A stretch of DNA of 64,000 bases from Gemmatimonadales bacterium (GCA_038321865.1 JBBQFH010000008.1:32001-96000), one strand, 5' to 3'. Numbered from the stretch's first letter, positions 9,918 to 20,990 are shown. Numbers and translations are program-made. Notes: generated from the letters alone by a model not told the origin.

Positions 9918-12728
9918 TCAGGGCTGCGCCGCCGGCGCCTTCTTGGCGAAATCGCCTGCCTTGACGATCGTGATCTTCGACGGGTCGATGTAGCGCCGGA
10001 CCGCGGCGTTGAGCTCCGCCGGCGTCAGCGCGGCGAGGCGCCGCTCGAACTCGACGTCGTAGGTCAGCGTGCGGTTCAGGAACAGGTAGTTGGTCAGCAT
10101 CCCCGCCAGTGAGCCGTCCTGCGCCCGTTGCAGCTGGCGCTGCTGGAGATACCCTTCCCGCGCCTTGTTGAGCTCGTCCGCGGTGAACCCGTCGCGAACG
10201 GCGCGCGTCAGCTCTTCGCGAAATGCCGCCTCGAGCCGGGCCGCGTTCTCCGGCGCGTAGATGGCGTATGCCTGGAACATGCCGGCGCTGTCGAGCGGCG
10301 CCGCCGAGATGCCGGAGCCGACGCCGTAGCTGATCCCTTCCTTCTGCCGGATGCGCGTGGCCAGCCGGGAGTTCAGGAACCCCCCGCCGAGTATGTAATT
10401 GCCAAGCACCAGCGCCGGATAGTTCGGATCGTCGTCCCGCACCCGCAGGTTCTCGCCGGCCAGGAAGAAGGCGTTCGCCTTGTCTGGTGTCTCGATCGAG
10501 ACGGTCGTGGCCGGACGGTCACGATAGACACCGGGCACCCGGACGAACGGCTTGGTGCTCTTCCATCCGCCGAACAGCTGTACCACCTGGGCCGCCGCCG
10601 CCGCCTGATCGAAGTCTCCCACGATGGCCAGCTCGGAGTTGGTCGCGCCGTAGAAATCGCCGTAAAAGGACCGCGCGTCGGCCAGCGTGGCCGCGGTATA
10701 GTCGGCGACCTGTTCCTCGAGCGTCGGCGTGTAGCGCGGATGCCCCTTGGGCCAGGGGTTGATGTAACGGCCGTAGGCGATTGATCCCAGGGCGGTGGGC
10801 TCCGATTTCTGCTGTTCCAGTCCCGCGATATTCTCCCGCCGGAGCTCGTCGAATTCCTTCTGGTCGAACGCCGGGTGGGTGAGTACGTCGCCCACGACGG
10901 CGAGCACCGCCGGCAGGTTGGCGTGGATCGTCTCGATCCTGATGTTGGCGCCGGTCGGTCCGCCTGAGATGCTCACCTGCGCCTTGAGGCGGTCGAGCTC
11001 ATCCTTGATCTGCTGCCGGGTGCGGGTCCGGGTGCCGCGCATCAGCATGTCGGCGGCGAGGTCGGCGGCGACGGCGCGGTTCATCAGCGACTGCTCGGTG
11101 CCGAAATGGAGCGCCATCGACGCGATGACCGTGCCGCCGCGCGTGCGCTTGGGCAGCAGCGCGACCTTCATGCCGCTGGGCAGGGTCGAACGCGTGGTGC
11201 GCGACTCGATCACCGCCGGTGACGGATCGAATGCCTCCCCCACCGAGCGGGCGGTGTCGCCGCGGTAATCCTTGACCAGTGCCAGCGCGTCGGGCGCGGG
11301 CGGAATCTCCGCACGATCGGGCTTGGGCGTCGGCACGAAGATGCCGAGCGTGAGGTTGGCGGGCTTCAGGTAGGCGGCGGCCACCCGCTTCACGTCATCC
11401 GAGGTCACCGCGCGAAGGCGGTCGCGGTGGAGGAAGAGCAGGCGCCAGTCGCCCATGGCGGCCCACTCGCTCAGCTCGAGCCCGACCCGGGCCGAGTTGT
11501 TGAGGGTGAGATCGATGTTCTTGAGAAGGGTGGACTTGGCCCTTTCGACTTCCTCGCTGGTCGGCGGGTGGGCGCCGAGATCGGCGACGGCCTGAAGCAG
11601 CGCGGCCCGGGCGCTGTCCACCGGATCCTCCTGCCGCACTTCCGCGCCGAGCACGAGCACGCCGGGCTCGCGGAGCTGGAAGCCGAACGAGAACACGCTC
11701 GCGGCCTTCCGCGGTTCGACCAGCGCCTTGTACAGGCGGCCGGACGGGGCGCTGCCGAGCACTTCGCCGAGCACGTCGATCGCGGCGTAGTCGGGATGCG
11801 CGCCCGACGGAACGTGGTAGACCGCGTCGATCACCTGGACATCACCGACCCGCCGCAGCGTCACGCTTCGCTCGCCGTCCTGCGTCGGCTCGGCGGTGTA
11901 GGTCGGATAGAGCATCATCGTGCCGGTGCGGGCGGGACGCGGAACCCGACCGAACTTCTCCCGCACGAGCGCGAGCGCCCGCTGCTCGTTGAACTTGCCC
12001 GCGATCACCAGCATCGCATTGTCGGGCTGGTAGTAGCGGTGGTAAAACGCCTGGAGCCGCTCGATCGGCACCTGTTCGATGTCGGAGCGCGCCCCGATCG
12101 TCGAGTTGCCGTAGTTGTGCCAGATGAAGGCGGTCGAGATGGTGCGTTCCAGCAGCACGCTGCCGGGATCGTTCTCGCCGGACTCGAATTCGTTGCGGAC
12201 GACGGTGAACTCGGATTCGAGATCCTTCTTCGCGATGCGGCTGTTCACCATCCGGTCGGCCTCGAGATCGAGCGCCCACACGAGATTGGTGTCGGTCGCG
12301 CTGAAGGTCTCGAAGTAATTGGTGCGGTCGAGCCAGGTCGTGCCGTTGGGCTGGGCACCGAGCTCGGTCAGCTCCTGGGGAATGTTGGGATGCCGCGGCG
12401 TGCCCTTGAAGACCATGTGCTCGAGCAGGTGCGCCATGCCGGTTTCACCGTAGCCCTCGTGCCGGGATCCGACGAGGTAGGTGATGTTGACCGTCGCCGT
12501 CGGCTTGGACATGTCGGGAAACAGGAGCACGCGGAGCCCGTTGGAAAGCTGGTACTCGGTGATTCCCTCCACCGACGCCCCGCGGGTGAGCGTCACGCCC
12601 GTGCGCGGCACCGGGCGTGCCGCCGTGCGGGGCGTCTGACCCGAGGCCGCGGAGCCGCCGGCAGCCAGCGTGGTGAGACCGAGTGCGAGCGTGAACCAAC
12701 GATTCCGCATGACGGATGGAGCTGACAT
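9918..12728 (-). CDS. Exported M16 family zinc protease (PqqL-like, two-lobed)
   Basis: Inverted zinc motif HLLEH; NGTTWLDRTNY; SRLATRIRQKEGISY in the second half; signal peptide. Confidence 0.93.
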   Translation of the reverse strand: MSAPSVMRNRWFTLALGLTTLAAGGSAASGQTPRTAARPVPRTGVTLTRGASVEGITEYQLSNGLRVLLFPDMSKPTATVNITYLVGSRHEGYGETGMAHLLEHMVFKGTPRHPNIPQELTELGAQPNGTTWLDRTNYFETFSATDTNLVWALDLEADRMVNSRIAKKDLESEFTVVRNEFESGENDPGSVLLERTISTAFIWHNYGNSTIGARSDIEQVPIERLQAFYHRYYQPDNAMLVIAGKFNEQRALALVREKFGRVPRPARTGTMMLYPTYTAEPTQDGERSVTLRRVGDVQVIDAVYHVPSGAHPDYAAIDVLGEVLGSAPSGRLYKALVEPRKAASVFSFGFQLREPGVLVLGAEVRQEDPVDSARAALLQAVADLGAHPPTSEEVERAKSTLLKNIDLTLNNSARVGLELSEWAAMGDWRLLFLHRDRLRAVTSDDVKRVAAAYLKPANLTLGIFVPTPKPDRAEIPPAPDALALVKDYRGDTARSVGEAFDPSPAVIESRTTRSTLPSGMKVALLPKRTRGGTVIASMALHFGTEQSLMNRAVAADLAADMLMRGTRTRTRQQIKDELDRLKAQVSISGGPTGANIRIETIHANLPAVLAVVGDVLTHPAFDQKEFDELRRENIAGLEQQKSEPTALGSIAYGRYINPWPKGHPRYTPTLEEQVADYTAATLADARSFYGDFYGATNSELAIVGDFDQAAAAAQVVQLFGGWKSTKPFVRVPGVYRDRPATTVSIETPDKANAFFLAGENLRVRDDDPNYPALVLGNYILGGGFLNSRLATRIRQKEGISYGVGSGISAAPLDSAGMFQAYAIYAPENAARLEAAFREELTRAVRDGFTADELNKAREGYLQQRQLQRAQDGSLAGMLTNYLFLNRTLTYDVEFERRLAALTPAELNAAVRRYIDPSKITIVKAGDFAKKAPAAQP

Positions 12729-12771
12729 GGTGCCTCGTGGGGGAGCGGGCGGCGAAACGGGGGTCAGGTGG

Positions 12772-12799
12772 GATATACCGGCGCGCGCGCCGATGTCAA
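12772..12799 (-). promoter_or_regulatory. Putative sigma70 promoter of the M16 protease gene
   Basis: Minus strand TTGACA-N16-TATATC, about 45 nt upstream of ATG 12728, in an otherwise GC-rich spacer. Confidence 0.5.
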
Positions 12800-12803
12800 G
12801 CGA

Positions 12804-15719
12804 TCAGGGCCGCTCGCTCGTCAGCTCGGCCAGGGCGCGCTTGGCTTCGGTGACCCTGGGCTGGAGCGACGCATCCGCTCCGGCCCACAACCGAAGAAAT
12901 CGCGAGTAGGCATCGGCGGCATCCTTGCGGTTGCCCATGGCCTCGTAGGTGCGCGCGAGCGCGAGCTGGCTGACGCCGACGAGCTGCGGGTCCACATCCA
13001 GCGTGTAACGGAGCCGCCGAAGCCCCTCCTCGCGGCTGGCCGGGCGGGCAGCCAGCGCGAGCGCCCGCTGCAGCCGGAGTGGCCCGGCAAGCGCGCCGGT
13101 GTTGGCCGCGCCGCGAAGGGCGGTTTCGAGCTTGGCGAGTCCGGCCGTCGTATCACCCGTGGCCAGCGACAGCCAGCCGTCCGCGCCCACGAAGAGGGGG
13201 TGCATGAACGGCGGCATGGTGGGGCCACCGAGGGAGAGACCCTGCTGGATCAACGTGCTGGCGGTCCGGGTGTCGCCGTAGCCCAGGGAGAACAGCGCCC
13301 GGAAATAGCCTTCGAACGGATTGGTGAATGCCGCCTTGGCGCCCGGAGCCGCGAGCGGCGTGCCCTGGGTCTTCCGTTCCGCGCGCAGGCCGTTCACGAA
13401 CGAATCGGCGTACCCCGCTGGGGCGAAGCCCGCGAGCACCGGCGCGATGATCACATTATAACGGCCGGCTTCACCGGCGACGCCCGCCATCAGCTGTTGT
13501 GCCGCTGAAAGCCGGCCGAGCCCTACCAGATACATGGCGCGGGTCGGCTTCAGCTGGGCGGCCATCGGGTTGCCCGGGGGCACCAGTCGTTCGATCGCTT
13601 CGAGGCGGGCGAGCGTTTCCTCCGGCGTCCGCCCCTGGAAGTGCGTGAGCCCGGCGAAGGCGGCATTGACGGCATCCATGCGCGCGGTCGAGAAAAGCGC
13701 ACCGACCGAGTCCGGCAGGGCCCTGCCCCAGACGAGCTGGCCGGCCGGGTTGAAGCGGGAGAGTTCACCGACGGCGCCGCCTCGCTCGAGCACGCCGATG
13801 TAGTGCCGGAAGCCGGTACTGTCGTTGAAGATCAGCGTCATCTCCAGCGGGTGGATCGCTGCCGCGGTCAGCGTCGAGTCCAGCGCGAGGACCCGATCGA
13901 AGGGCGCGCGGAGTGCGGCCGGGTCGAGTCCGTTGAGATACCTGGTGTGATACTGTGATTCGCCGAGGAGATACCATCCGTCCGCGTCGTCGGGATGTGC
14001 GGCGGTGTAGGCGCGCATCGAGTCGGTGGCGGCGGGATCGCCCTGCTGAAACAGCCGGTAGGCGACGACCAGCGAGCGCTCGTTGGGCGGGAGCTTTGAC
14101 GCATACTGCACCGCGAGGGCGCTGGCCCGGGCCGCCGGCGCGGCATTGGCGTTCCCGATCCACCCGTAGGCCATGGCGAGCCGATGCTGCGCCAGCGCGA
14201 AGGTCGAATCTTCAGTCACCGCGCGGTTGAATGCCGCCGCGGCCGAATCCCAGGCACTTCGCCGGTAGAACTGCTCGCCGTTGAGATAGTCGCGCATCGC
14301 GGCGAGTGAGGTGGTGGTCAGTCCCGCGACGCGAAGCGAGGGGATCGGCTCACGCGAGCGCCACACCTCGCGTACCAGTGCGAGGCTCAACTGATCCACC
14401 AGACTGATGACGCTGTCCGCGGCGCCATCGACCTGCGCCCGCCCGAGCTTGCTGCCGTCCGCGGCATACAACTCGGCGCTCAGGCGCACCGCCGGGCCGC
14501 TGGCCACGACGCTGCCGAGCAGCACCGCGCGGGCGTGAACGGCGCGGCCGATCTTGAGCGCCTGCTCGAGATCGGTCTCGCCCCCGCCGCTCTTCTTCCA
14601 TTGCTGCAGCACGGTCCTTGGCTCCACCGTCCGGATATCGGCCAGGGCATCGAGGTTGGTGGACATCAGGTCCACCATGCCCTCCCGCATCACCTCGAGG
14701 TTCGGCCCCGATGTCCGGAACGGCAGCACCGCGATCAGCTCGGCGTCGGAGACGACCGCATGCGCGCCCGCGCCGCCGCGGGTGAGCGCGAAGGCCGCCA
14801 CCGCGACGATCACCACCGCTGCCGCGATCGCGGCGAGGCGCCGCCGTCCACCTCGCGCGGCTCCCCGCGCCGGCATCGGCCCGGTGAAGGTCTCGCCGAT
14901 CGCAGCGGCGTATTCGGCGATGGTCGGGAATCGCCGCGCCGGGTCGGTGTCGAGGGCACGGATGTTGGCGGGATCGAGCGTGGCGGCAACGGGCACGGCG
15001 TCGGCCATGGGGGGGCGCGCGCCGGTAATGTTCTGCGTGAGGACCGCCTGCATGGACGCGCCGGCAAAGGCGGGCTTCCCGGCCACCATCTCGTAGAAGA
15101 CGCAGGCGAGGCTGTACTGGTCGCTCCGCCCGTCGACCTGGTCGCTGGCGGTCGCCTGCTCCGGGCTCATGTACGCCGGCGTCCCGATCGCGAGGCCAAG
15201 CCCGGTGAGCGATGGCCCGCCTGCCGTCGCCTCGGCCGCGCGGGCGATGCCGAAATCGGCCACGACGGCGTGGCCGCCGGACAGCATGATGTTCTCCGGC
15301 TTGATATCCCGGTGGATGATGCCGTGCGCGTGCGCATAGGCCAGCGCACTGGCGACCTCGCGCACGAGGGCCACCGCTTCCGGCAGCGGGACCTGGTGCT
15401 CGCGGTCGAGGCGCTCGCGGAGCGACTCCCCTTCCACGAACGGCATCACGTAGTACAGGACGCCGTCGGCCGCGCCCGAATCGTAGACCGGAAGGATGTG
15501 CGGGTGCTGCAGCCGGGCCGCCATCTCGATCTCGCGGAGAAACCGATCGGTGCCCACACTCGCGGCGAGCTCGGGCCGGAGCACCTTGATGGCCACCTTG
15601 CGCCGATGCTTGAGGTCTTCGGCCAGATAGACGGTGGCCATGCCGCCCGCTCCGGCCTGCCGCTCGATGGCGTAGTGACCCTGCAGCGCGGCGGTGAGGC
15701 GCGCGAGTGGCTCAGTCAT
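12804..15719 (-). CDS. Membrane Hanks-type Ser/Thr protein kinase with extracytoplasmic TolB_N-like and TPR domains
   Basis: GAGGMATVY, VAIK, HRDIKPEN, DFG, GTPAYMSPE; one TM helix after RRR; IAVLPF motif; TPR-like C-terminus. Confidence 0.93.
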   Translation of the reverse strand: MTEPLARLTAALQGHYAIERQAGAGGMATVYLAEDLKHRRKVAIKVLRPELAASVGTDRFLREIEMAARLQHPHILPVYDSGAADGVLYYVMPFVEGESLRERLDREHQVPLPEAVALVREVASALAYAHAHGIIHRDIKPENIMLSGGHAVVADFGIARAAEATAGGPSLTGLGLAIGTPAYMSPEQATASDQVDGRSDQYSLACVFYEMVAGKPAFAGASMQAVLTQNITGARPPMADAVPVAATLDPANIRALDTDPARRFPTIAEYAAAIGETFTGPMPARGAARGGRRRLAAIAAAVVIVAVAAFALTRGGAGAHAVVSDAELIAVLPFRTSGPNLEVMREGMVDLMSTNLDALADIRTVEPRTVLQQWKKSGGGETDLEQALKIGRAVHARAVLLGSVVASGPAVRLSAELYAADGSKLGRAQVDGAADSVISLVDQLSLALVREVWRSREPIPSLRVAGLTTTSLAAMRDYLNGEQFYRRSAWDSAAAAFNRAVTEDSTFALAQHRLAMAYGWIGNANAAPAARASALAVQYASKLPPNERSLVVAYRLFQQGDPAATDSMRAYTAAHPDDADGWYLLGESQYHTRYLNGLDPAALRAPFDRVLALDSTLTAAAIHPLEMTLIFNDSTGFRHYIGVLERGGAVGELSRFNPAGQLVWGRALPDSVGALFSTARMDAVNAAFAGLTHFQGRTPEETLARLEAIERLVPPGNPMAAQLKPTRAMYLVGLGRLSAAQQLMAGVAGEAGRYNVIIAPVLAGFAPAGYADSFVNGLRAERKTQGTPLAAPGAKAAFTNPFEGYFRALFSLGYGDTRTASTLIQQGLSLGGPTMPPFMHPLFVGADGWLSLATGDTTAGLAKLETALRGAANTGALAGPLRLQRALALAARPASREEGLRRLRYTLDVDPQLVGVSQLALARTYEAMGNRKDAADAYSRFLRLWAGADASLQPRVTEAKRALAELTSERP

Positions 15720-15731
15720 CGGGATGCCGCT

Positions 15732-16538
15732 CTACTGGTGGCTGAAGGGGTGCTCGAAACTCAGGTACAGGAAGAGATAACCGGTTCCCCCACTCGGTCC
15801 GAGCCCTATGGGATAGGCGATGCCGGGCACGATCTGCAGGCCGCTCGGGAAATTGATCGCCCAGCGGATCCCGGGACTGATGAAATAGCTGTCGTCCGTC
15901 CGGGTCAGTCCGGAGGCATTGACCGACTGGGTGCGGGCCCACACGCTCTCGAGCATGAGGTTGACCCACGGCCGCGCGAGCCAGATCGCGCTGGCGCCCG
16001 CGCCGAATGATGTGGTGCGGGCGCGCACGGTTCCAGACCCGTGCGCCCGTGGCGTGACGGTCGCGCCGGCGTTGAGATGCGTGACGAGCGACGGCGCCAG
16101 GACGATGCTGATCGGCAGCACTGCCTGCACCCCGAGCCCGCCGGTGCCGCGGCCACCCGATACACTGCCGGTCGGCGCCAGCAGCGTAAGCCTGGGCGCG
16201 ACGGCGACGCGCGCCTCACCCGAGCCCGCAAGCTGAAACCGGTAGTTGAGCGCCACGTCGCCGATCCCCGTGCCGGAGCCCTGGTCGTGCAGGACCGGCA
16301 CGGTGTAGCTCAGCTGATGGCGGATGCCGCCGACCGGCCACTCCTGCGTGAAGCTGTATGCCCAGCTTCCCGACTGGCGCTGGAAGGAGCTGATGTGCTG
16401 CACCACCCCACGCTCCTGATTGTAGGCCTCCTCGACCAGAAAGCTGTTGTCCTGGATGGGCCGCGCCGGCGGTGTGGGCTCCTGCGCGCCAAGCGCCCGC
16501 ACCGACAGCAGTGCCGCCAGCACGAGGGTCCGGCTCAC
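15732..16538 (-). CDS. Exported probable outer-membrane beta-barrel ('transporter' / MetA-pathway-like family)
   Basis: GTG at 16538 overlaps the mntH stop (GTGA); signal peptide (...VRALGA|Q); [11 protein letters not shown] and LLAPTG motifs; aromatic terminal strand [10 protein letters not shown]. Confidence 0.7.
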   Translation of the reverse strand: MSRTLVLAALLSVRALGAQEPTPPARPIQDNSFLVEEAYNQERGVVQHISSFQRQSGSWAYSFTQEWPVGGIRHQLSYTVPVLHDQGSGTGIGDVALNYRFQLAGSGEARVAVAPRLTLLAPTGSVSGGRGTGGLGVQAVLPISIVLAPSLVTHLNAGATVTPRAHGSGTVRARTTSFGAGASAIWLARPWVNLMLESVWARTQSVNASGLTRTDDSYFISPGIRWAINFPSGLQIVPGIAYPIGLGPSGGTGYLFLYLSFEHPFSHQ

Positions 16539-17893
16539 GCGAGCCACTGGCGCGCGGTCCCCACGAGCAGCCACAGGTTGAGCACGATGATGACGGCCGC
16601 GACGGACCACGCCATCGCGGTGACCGCGGGCCGGTTCACGAAGATGCCCATCTTCGCCCGGTCGCAGGTGAAGCGCACCAGCGGCACCACGGCGAAGGAC
16701 AGCTGCAGACTCAGGATCACCTGGCTGAGGATGAGCAGCGCCCCGGTGCCGCGCTCGCCATAGATCGCGGTGACGATCACCGCCGGAATGATGGCGATCA
16801 TGCGGGTGACGAGGCGCCGGAGCCAGGGGGGCAGACGGATGTCGAGAAAGCCCTCCATGACGATCTGGCCGGCCAGGGTGCCGGTGATCGTCGAGTTCTG
16901 GCCCGAAGCGAGCAGTGCGACCGCGAACAGCACGCTCGCGGCGGTGGTACCGAGGAGCGGGGTCAGCAGGTGATACGCGTTGCCGATGTCGGCGACTTCC
17001 TGGTTGCCCGACGTGTGGAACGTGGCGGCGGCGAGGATCAGGATCGCGGCATTGATGAAGAAGGCGAACAGCAGCGCGATCGTGGAGTCGAAGGTGGCGA
17101 ACCGGATCGCCTCCCGCTTCGAGGCGTCGTCCCCGCCGATGCCGCGGGTCTGCACGATCGAGGAGTGCAGATAGAGGTTGTGCGGCATCACGGTCGCGCC
17201 GAGAATGCCGATGGCGATGTAGAGCATCGCGGGGTTGGTGACGATTTCGCGCCGGGGAATCAGTCCGCTCGCCACGCCTGCGAGATCGGGCCGCGCCAGC
17301 AGCAGCTCGACGGCGAAGCAGGCGCCGATGGTCGCCACCAGCACGACCACGAACGCCTCGAGATAGCGGAAGCCCTTGTGCTGCAGCAGCAGAATCGCGA
17401 GCACGTCGGCGGCCGTCATGCAGACACCCCAGAGGAGCGGAATGCCGAACAGCAGGTTGAGCGCGATGGCGGAGCCAATCACTTCGGCGAGGTCGCATGC
17501 GGCGATCGCGATCTCGCAGAGAATCCAGAGCACGAAGCTCACCGGGCGCGAGTAATGGTCCCGGCAGGCCTGGGCCAGGTCCCGTCCGGTCACGATGCCG
17601 AGCTTGAGCGCGAGCGACTGGAGGAGGATGGCCATCAGGTTGGAGAGGAGCACCACGCTGACCAGCGTGTAGCCGAAACGGGCGCCGCCGGCGAGATCGG
17701 TGGCCCAGTTGCCGGGATCCATGTACCCGACCGCGACCATGTAGCCCGGGCCCGAGAATGCCAGCGCCTTCCGCCAGAAGCTGGCGCCGGCCGGGATCCG
17801 GATGCTCCGGTGGGACTCCGGCAGGCTGGGTGAGCGGCGCGGGTGGCGCCATCCCGCGAGTTCCTCGATCGGCGGGGTCGACGCGGCGTTCAC
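16535..17893 (-). CDS. mntH: Nramp family divalent metal (Mn2+) transporter
   Basis: [38 protein letters not shown] motifs. Confidence 0.95.
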   Translation of the reverse strand: MNAASTPPIEELAGWRHPRRSPSLPESHRSIRIPAGASFWRKALAFSGPGYMVAVGYMDPGNWATDLAGGARFGYTLVSVVLLSNLMAILLQSLALKLGIVTGRDLAQACRDHYSRPVSFVLWILCEIAIAACDLAEVIGSAIALNLLFGIPLLWGVCMTAADVLAILLLQHKGFRYLEAFVVVLVATIGACFAVELLLARPDLAGVASGLIPRREIVTNPAMLYIAIGILGATVMPHNLYLHSSIVQTRGIGGDDASKREAIRFATFDSTIALLFAFFINAAILILAAATFHTSGNQEVADIGNAYHLLTPLLGTTAASVLFAVALLASGQNSTITGTLAGQIVMEGFLDIRLPPWLRRLVTRMIAIIPAVIVTAIYGERGTGALLILSQVILSLQLSFAVVPLVRFTCDRAKMGIFVNRPAVTAMAWSVAAVIIVLNLWLLVGTARQWLA

Positions 17894-18576
17894 CCGGCCA
17901 CCGTTCGCGAACAGAGAATGTCGCGCGCCATCTGCGACGCGACGACGCGGTCGCCGCCGCTGGTCCGGATCGTGATGGGCCCGTCGAACGGCTGGCGATC
18001 GGTCACCGTGACCACTGCGCCAGGGGTCAGGCCGAGCGCCGCGAGATAGCGCAGCCGGTCGGGCTCGTGCGCGTTCACCCGGCGGACCGCGACCTCGATG
18101 CCGGCCGGCGCGTCGCTCAACGATGTTCCGGCGTCCTCGGCGACATCGCCTTCCGCCGTCGGGATGGGGTCGCCGTGCGGATCGACGCCGGGATTGCCGA
18201 GCGCCGCCGCCATCCGTTCGGCGAGTGTGTCGGACACGGCGTGTTCCAGTCGCTCGGCCTCCTCGTGCACGGTGTCCCAGCTGTAGCCGAGGAAGGCGAC
18301 GAGGTACGACTCGATGAGCCGGTGGCGGCGCACCGTCCGGAGCGCGGCACGCCTCCCTTCGGAGGTGAGCACCACACCCTTGTAGGGTGCGTGCTCGAGC
18401 AGCCCCTGCTCCGACAGTCGCTTGACCATTCCGCTGACCGAGGGCGGCGAGAGCGCGAGCAGATGCGCGATGTCGCTCGTCGCCGCCGGCTGGCCGCCGG
18501 GGGAAAGCCGATAGATCGCCTTGAGATAGTCTTCCGCCGAGCGGGTGAGCGACTCGGCGAGCGCACCGGGGGTCAT
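17890..18576 (-). CDS. mntR: DtxR/MntR family metal-dependent repressor with FeoA-like C-terminal domain
   Basis: [38 protein letters not shown]; directly upstream of mntH. Confidence 0.9.
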   Translation of the reverse strand: MTPGALAESLTRSAEDYLKAIYRLSPGGQPAATSDIAHLLALSPPSVSGMVKRLSEQGLLEHAPYKGVVLTSEGRRAALRTVRRHRLIESYLVAFLGYSWDTVHEEAERLEHAVSDTLAERMAAALGNPGVDPHGDPIPTAEGDVAEDAGTSLSDAPAGIEVAVRRVNAHEPDRLRYLAALGLTPGAVVTVTDRQPFDGPITIRTSGGDRVVASQMARDILCSRTVAG

Positions 18577-18588
18577 GCAGAATCCCGT

Positions 18589-18632
18589 AGTTAGGTTAAG
18601 CTAACTCTAGGATGTTGCATGGCGTACGTCAA
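18589..18632 (-). promoter_or_regulatory. sigma70 promoter with overlapping DtxR/MntR-type operator
   Basis: Minus strand TTGACG(18632-18627)-N17-TAGAGT(18609-18604). Near-perfect palindrome AGTTAGGTTAAGCTAACT (18589-18606) resembles the DtxR/IdeR box and covers the -10/+1 region. Confidence 0.8.
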
Positions 18633-18652
18633 TAGGTGGCAGGAGATTCCCG

Positions 18653-19177
18653 TCAGGTCTGGAGCAGGAGGGAGAGGATCCGTTCGGTCATGCCCCAGAT
18701 GGGGCCCAGCGGAGTATCGTATTCCCTGGCGTCGTCGGGAGCGAGCGACGCGAGCTCGATCCACGCCGTCTCCGCCACCTCGGGACTGGCGATCGTGGGC
18801 GGGCGCCGCGCCAGCGTGAACACGAACGGGCGCACGGCGACCGGGGGCAACACCGGGATGCGGGGCACGACGTCGGGAAGGACACCGGCGAGATCGGTGT
18901 GGTCGAGCACGACACCGACCTCTTCGCGCGTCTCCCGAATCGCCGTGGCCAGGAGATCGGTGTCGTCCGACTGCCGCCGTCCGCCCGGGAGCGCCAGGTG
19001 TCCGGACCACGGATCGCCGACCCGGTCGGCGCGCCGGATCAGCAGGAAGGCGTCGGGCTCGGGCACGAGGATGAGCGCTACCGCGGCCCACCAGAGGCCG
19101 GGCTCTTCCGCCGTCGGATCGGAAGCGGGGCGGAGCCGCGCCCGAATGTCGGCGAGCCGGGAGGGTCCGGACGTCAT
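18653..19177 (-). CDS. Nudix hydrolase, CoA pyrophosphatase-like
   Basis: WSGHLALPGG...TAIRETREEVG Nudix box; IWGMT motif. Confidence 0.85.
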   Translation of the reverse strand: MTSGPSRLADIRARLRPASDPTAEEPGLWWAAVALILVPEPDAFLLIRRADRVGDPWSGHLALPGGRRQSDDTDLLATAIRETREEVGVVLDHTDLAGVLPDVVPRIPVLPPVAVRPFVFTLARRPPTIASPEVAETAWIELASLAPDDAREYDTPLGPIWGMTERILSLLLQT

Positions 19178-20016
19178 CCCAGCGAGGCTCCGAGCCAGTC
19201 CACGGTGCGCGACATGACGCGCTCGATCGCTGAATCGGCCGGGGGCGAACTCCAGGGATGCGCGGCGCCGAAGGTGTGGCCGGCTCCGTCGATCAGCGCC
19301 AGCTCGGTCGAGGCGCGGCCGCTGGCCGCGTGGAGGCGGCGCGCGTCATCCGGCGCTACGGCCTCGTCCGCCGTCCCGTGCACGATGAGCCAGGGAACCT
19401 CGACCCCTGCTGCGGCCCGCACGATGTCCACCGTATCGGCACGCTGCTCGATTTCATCCAGCACGTCGGTGAGCAGGGGAATGACCTGCCCGGTGCGGGC
19501 GTTGGCGATCTCGAGATGGCCGCTCGCACGCCAGGCGGCGCGCTCGCGAGCGTCCCAGCGCTGGACCGTGCCGATGGCGGCCCAGGTCACGAGGCTCCGT
19601 ACCCGGCCGTCGCGGGCGGTCTGGAGAACGGCGATGCCGCCGCCGCGGGAGTGGCCCACCAGCCCGGCGCTGGCTGGCGGCACGACGCCGAGCGCGCCGT
19701 CGAACAGGGCATCGGTGACGGCGCCGAGATCGGCCAGTTCGGCGCCGTAGGTGTTGCGGGCGAAGCGGTCGGGCAGGACGGCATCGCCGGAGGCGTCGAC
19801 TCCGCTGCCGCTCATGTTGAACGTGACGGCAGTGAACCCCGCCCGGGCCAGACGCTCCGCCAGCGGCGGGAACATCCCCCAATCCTTGAAGCCCTTGAAG
19901 CCGTGGACGACGATCACCGCCGGCCGCGGCGACGCGCGTCCGGCGGCGCGGACGTCCACGAAGATCTCACCCAGCGCGCCGTGCAGGACGTGGCGAGTGA
20001 GCGTGGGGGTCGCCAT
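19174..20016 (-). CDS. Alpha/beta hydrolase
   Basis: HGFKGFKDWG, nucleophile elbow GHSRGG, HGTADEAV, GAGHTF. Confidence 0.88.
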   Translation of the reverse strand: MATPTLTRHVLHGALGEIFVDVRAAGRASPRPAVIVVHGFKGFKDWGMFPPLAERLARAGFTAVTFNMSGSGVDASGDAVLPDRFARNTYGAELADLGAVTDALFDGALGVVPPASAGLVGHSRGGGIAVLQTARDGRVRSLVTWAAIGTVQRWDARERAAWRASGHLEIANARTGQVIPLLTDVLDEIEQRADTVDIVRAAAGVEVPWLIVHGTADEAVAPDDARRLHAASGRASTELALIDGAGHTFGAAHPWSSPPADSAIERVMSRTVDWLGASLG

Positions 20017-20021
20017 CGACG

Positions 20022-20990
20022 TCAGCTGGAGGAGACGGCGGGCTCGAGCAGCTCGAGCGTCCCGGCGCCGGCGTCGAGCCGGGCCCGCACCCCGAGGGGA
20101 ATCGTCCACTGGTCGTCGATATGCCCGATGGGGAATCCGTGGGCGACCGGTACCCCCAACGGCTCGAGATAGGTTGCCAGGACTTCATCGAGCCCCAGCG
20201 CCCCATCGGCGCCGCGACGGCCGAGCTCGCTGAACCGGCCGATGACGGCGCCCGCGAGCCGATCCAGTAATCCGGCCATCCGCAGGTGTGCCAGCATGCG
20301 GTCGATCCGGTAGACCTCCTCGCCGACGTCTTCGAGGAACAGGAGCGCGCCGTCGAGCCGAGGCGCGAACCTGGTCCCGATCAGGCACTGCAGCAGCGTG
20401 AGATTGCCGCCGACGAGTATTCCTTCCGCGATGCCGCCGCGCAACGTGACCACCCGGTCGCGCTGCGGCACCAGGGTGTCGGGGGGAGTCGGCAGCGCCT
20501 CGAGGGTTCCGCCCGGCGCGGCGACGCCGACCGCGCGTTCGAAATGGCGGCGAGCGAAGGCGGGCATGCTCGCGCGGGCCGTCGGCCCGTGAAAGGTGAC
20601 GACGCCGGTTTCCTGGAACAGCGCGACCAGCAGCGCCGTGATGTCGGAATAGCCGATGACCGGCTTCGGATGGCGTGCGAAGCCGTCGAAGTCCACCCGG
20701 TCGAGCAGCCGGGTGATGCCGTAGCCGCCGCGGATGCACCACACCGCATCGACGTCGGGCGCCGCGAGCGCCGAGTTGAGGTCGGCCAGCCTGGCGTCGT
20801 CGCCGCCGGCCAGGTAGCCGTATTTCTCTGCCGCGTGAGGCGCCAGCGTCGGCTCGTAGCCGAGCGCACGGCAGAGCTCGGCCGCCCGGGCGAGATCGTC
20901 GCGCTCGAGCAGCGGGCCGGCCGGTGCGACCAGCGTCACGCGGCTGCCCGGCACGAGCCGCGGCGGACGTACGATTGGTTTTGGCCCCAT
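20022..20990 (-). CDS. ldcA: LD-carboxypeptidase (peptidase S66)
   Basis: RGGYG, GYSDIT, GGNL, FLEDVGE, IGH motifs. Confidence 0.9.
   Translation of the reverse strand: MGPKPIVRPPRLVPGSRVTLVAPAGPLLERDDLARAAELCRALGYEPTLAPHAAEKYGYLAGGDDARLADLNSALAAPDVDAVWCIRGGYGITRLLDRVDFDGFARHPKPVIGYSDITALLVALFQETGVVTFHGPTARASMPAFARRHFERAVGVAAPGGTLEALPTPPDTLVPQRDRVVTLRGGIAEGILVGGNLTLLQCLIGTRFAPRLDGALLFLEDVGEEVYRIDRMLAHLRMAGLLDRLAGAVIGRFSELGRRGADGALGLDEVLATYLEPLGVPVAHGFPIGHIDDQWTIPLGVRARLDAGAGTLELLEPAVSSS

Noticed and set aside
15732..17852. 706-aa ORF suggesting a long fusion overlapping mntH
   Set aside because: Only the part from GTG 16538 looks like real protein; the rest is an off-frame read of mntH. Similar spurious N-terminal extensions were trimmed from ldcA, argG, the GT4 gene, the D-aminoacylase and the M42 gene.
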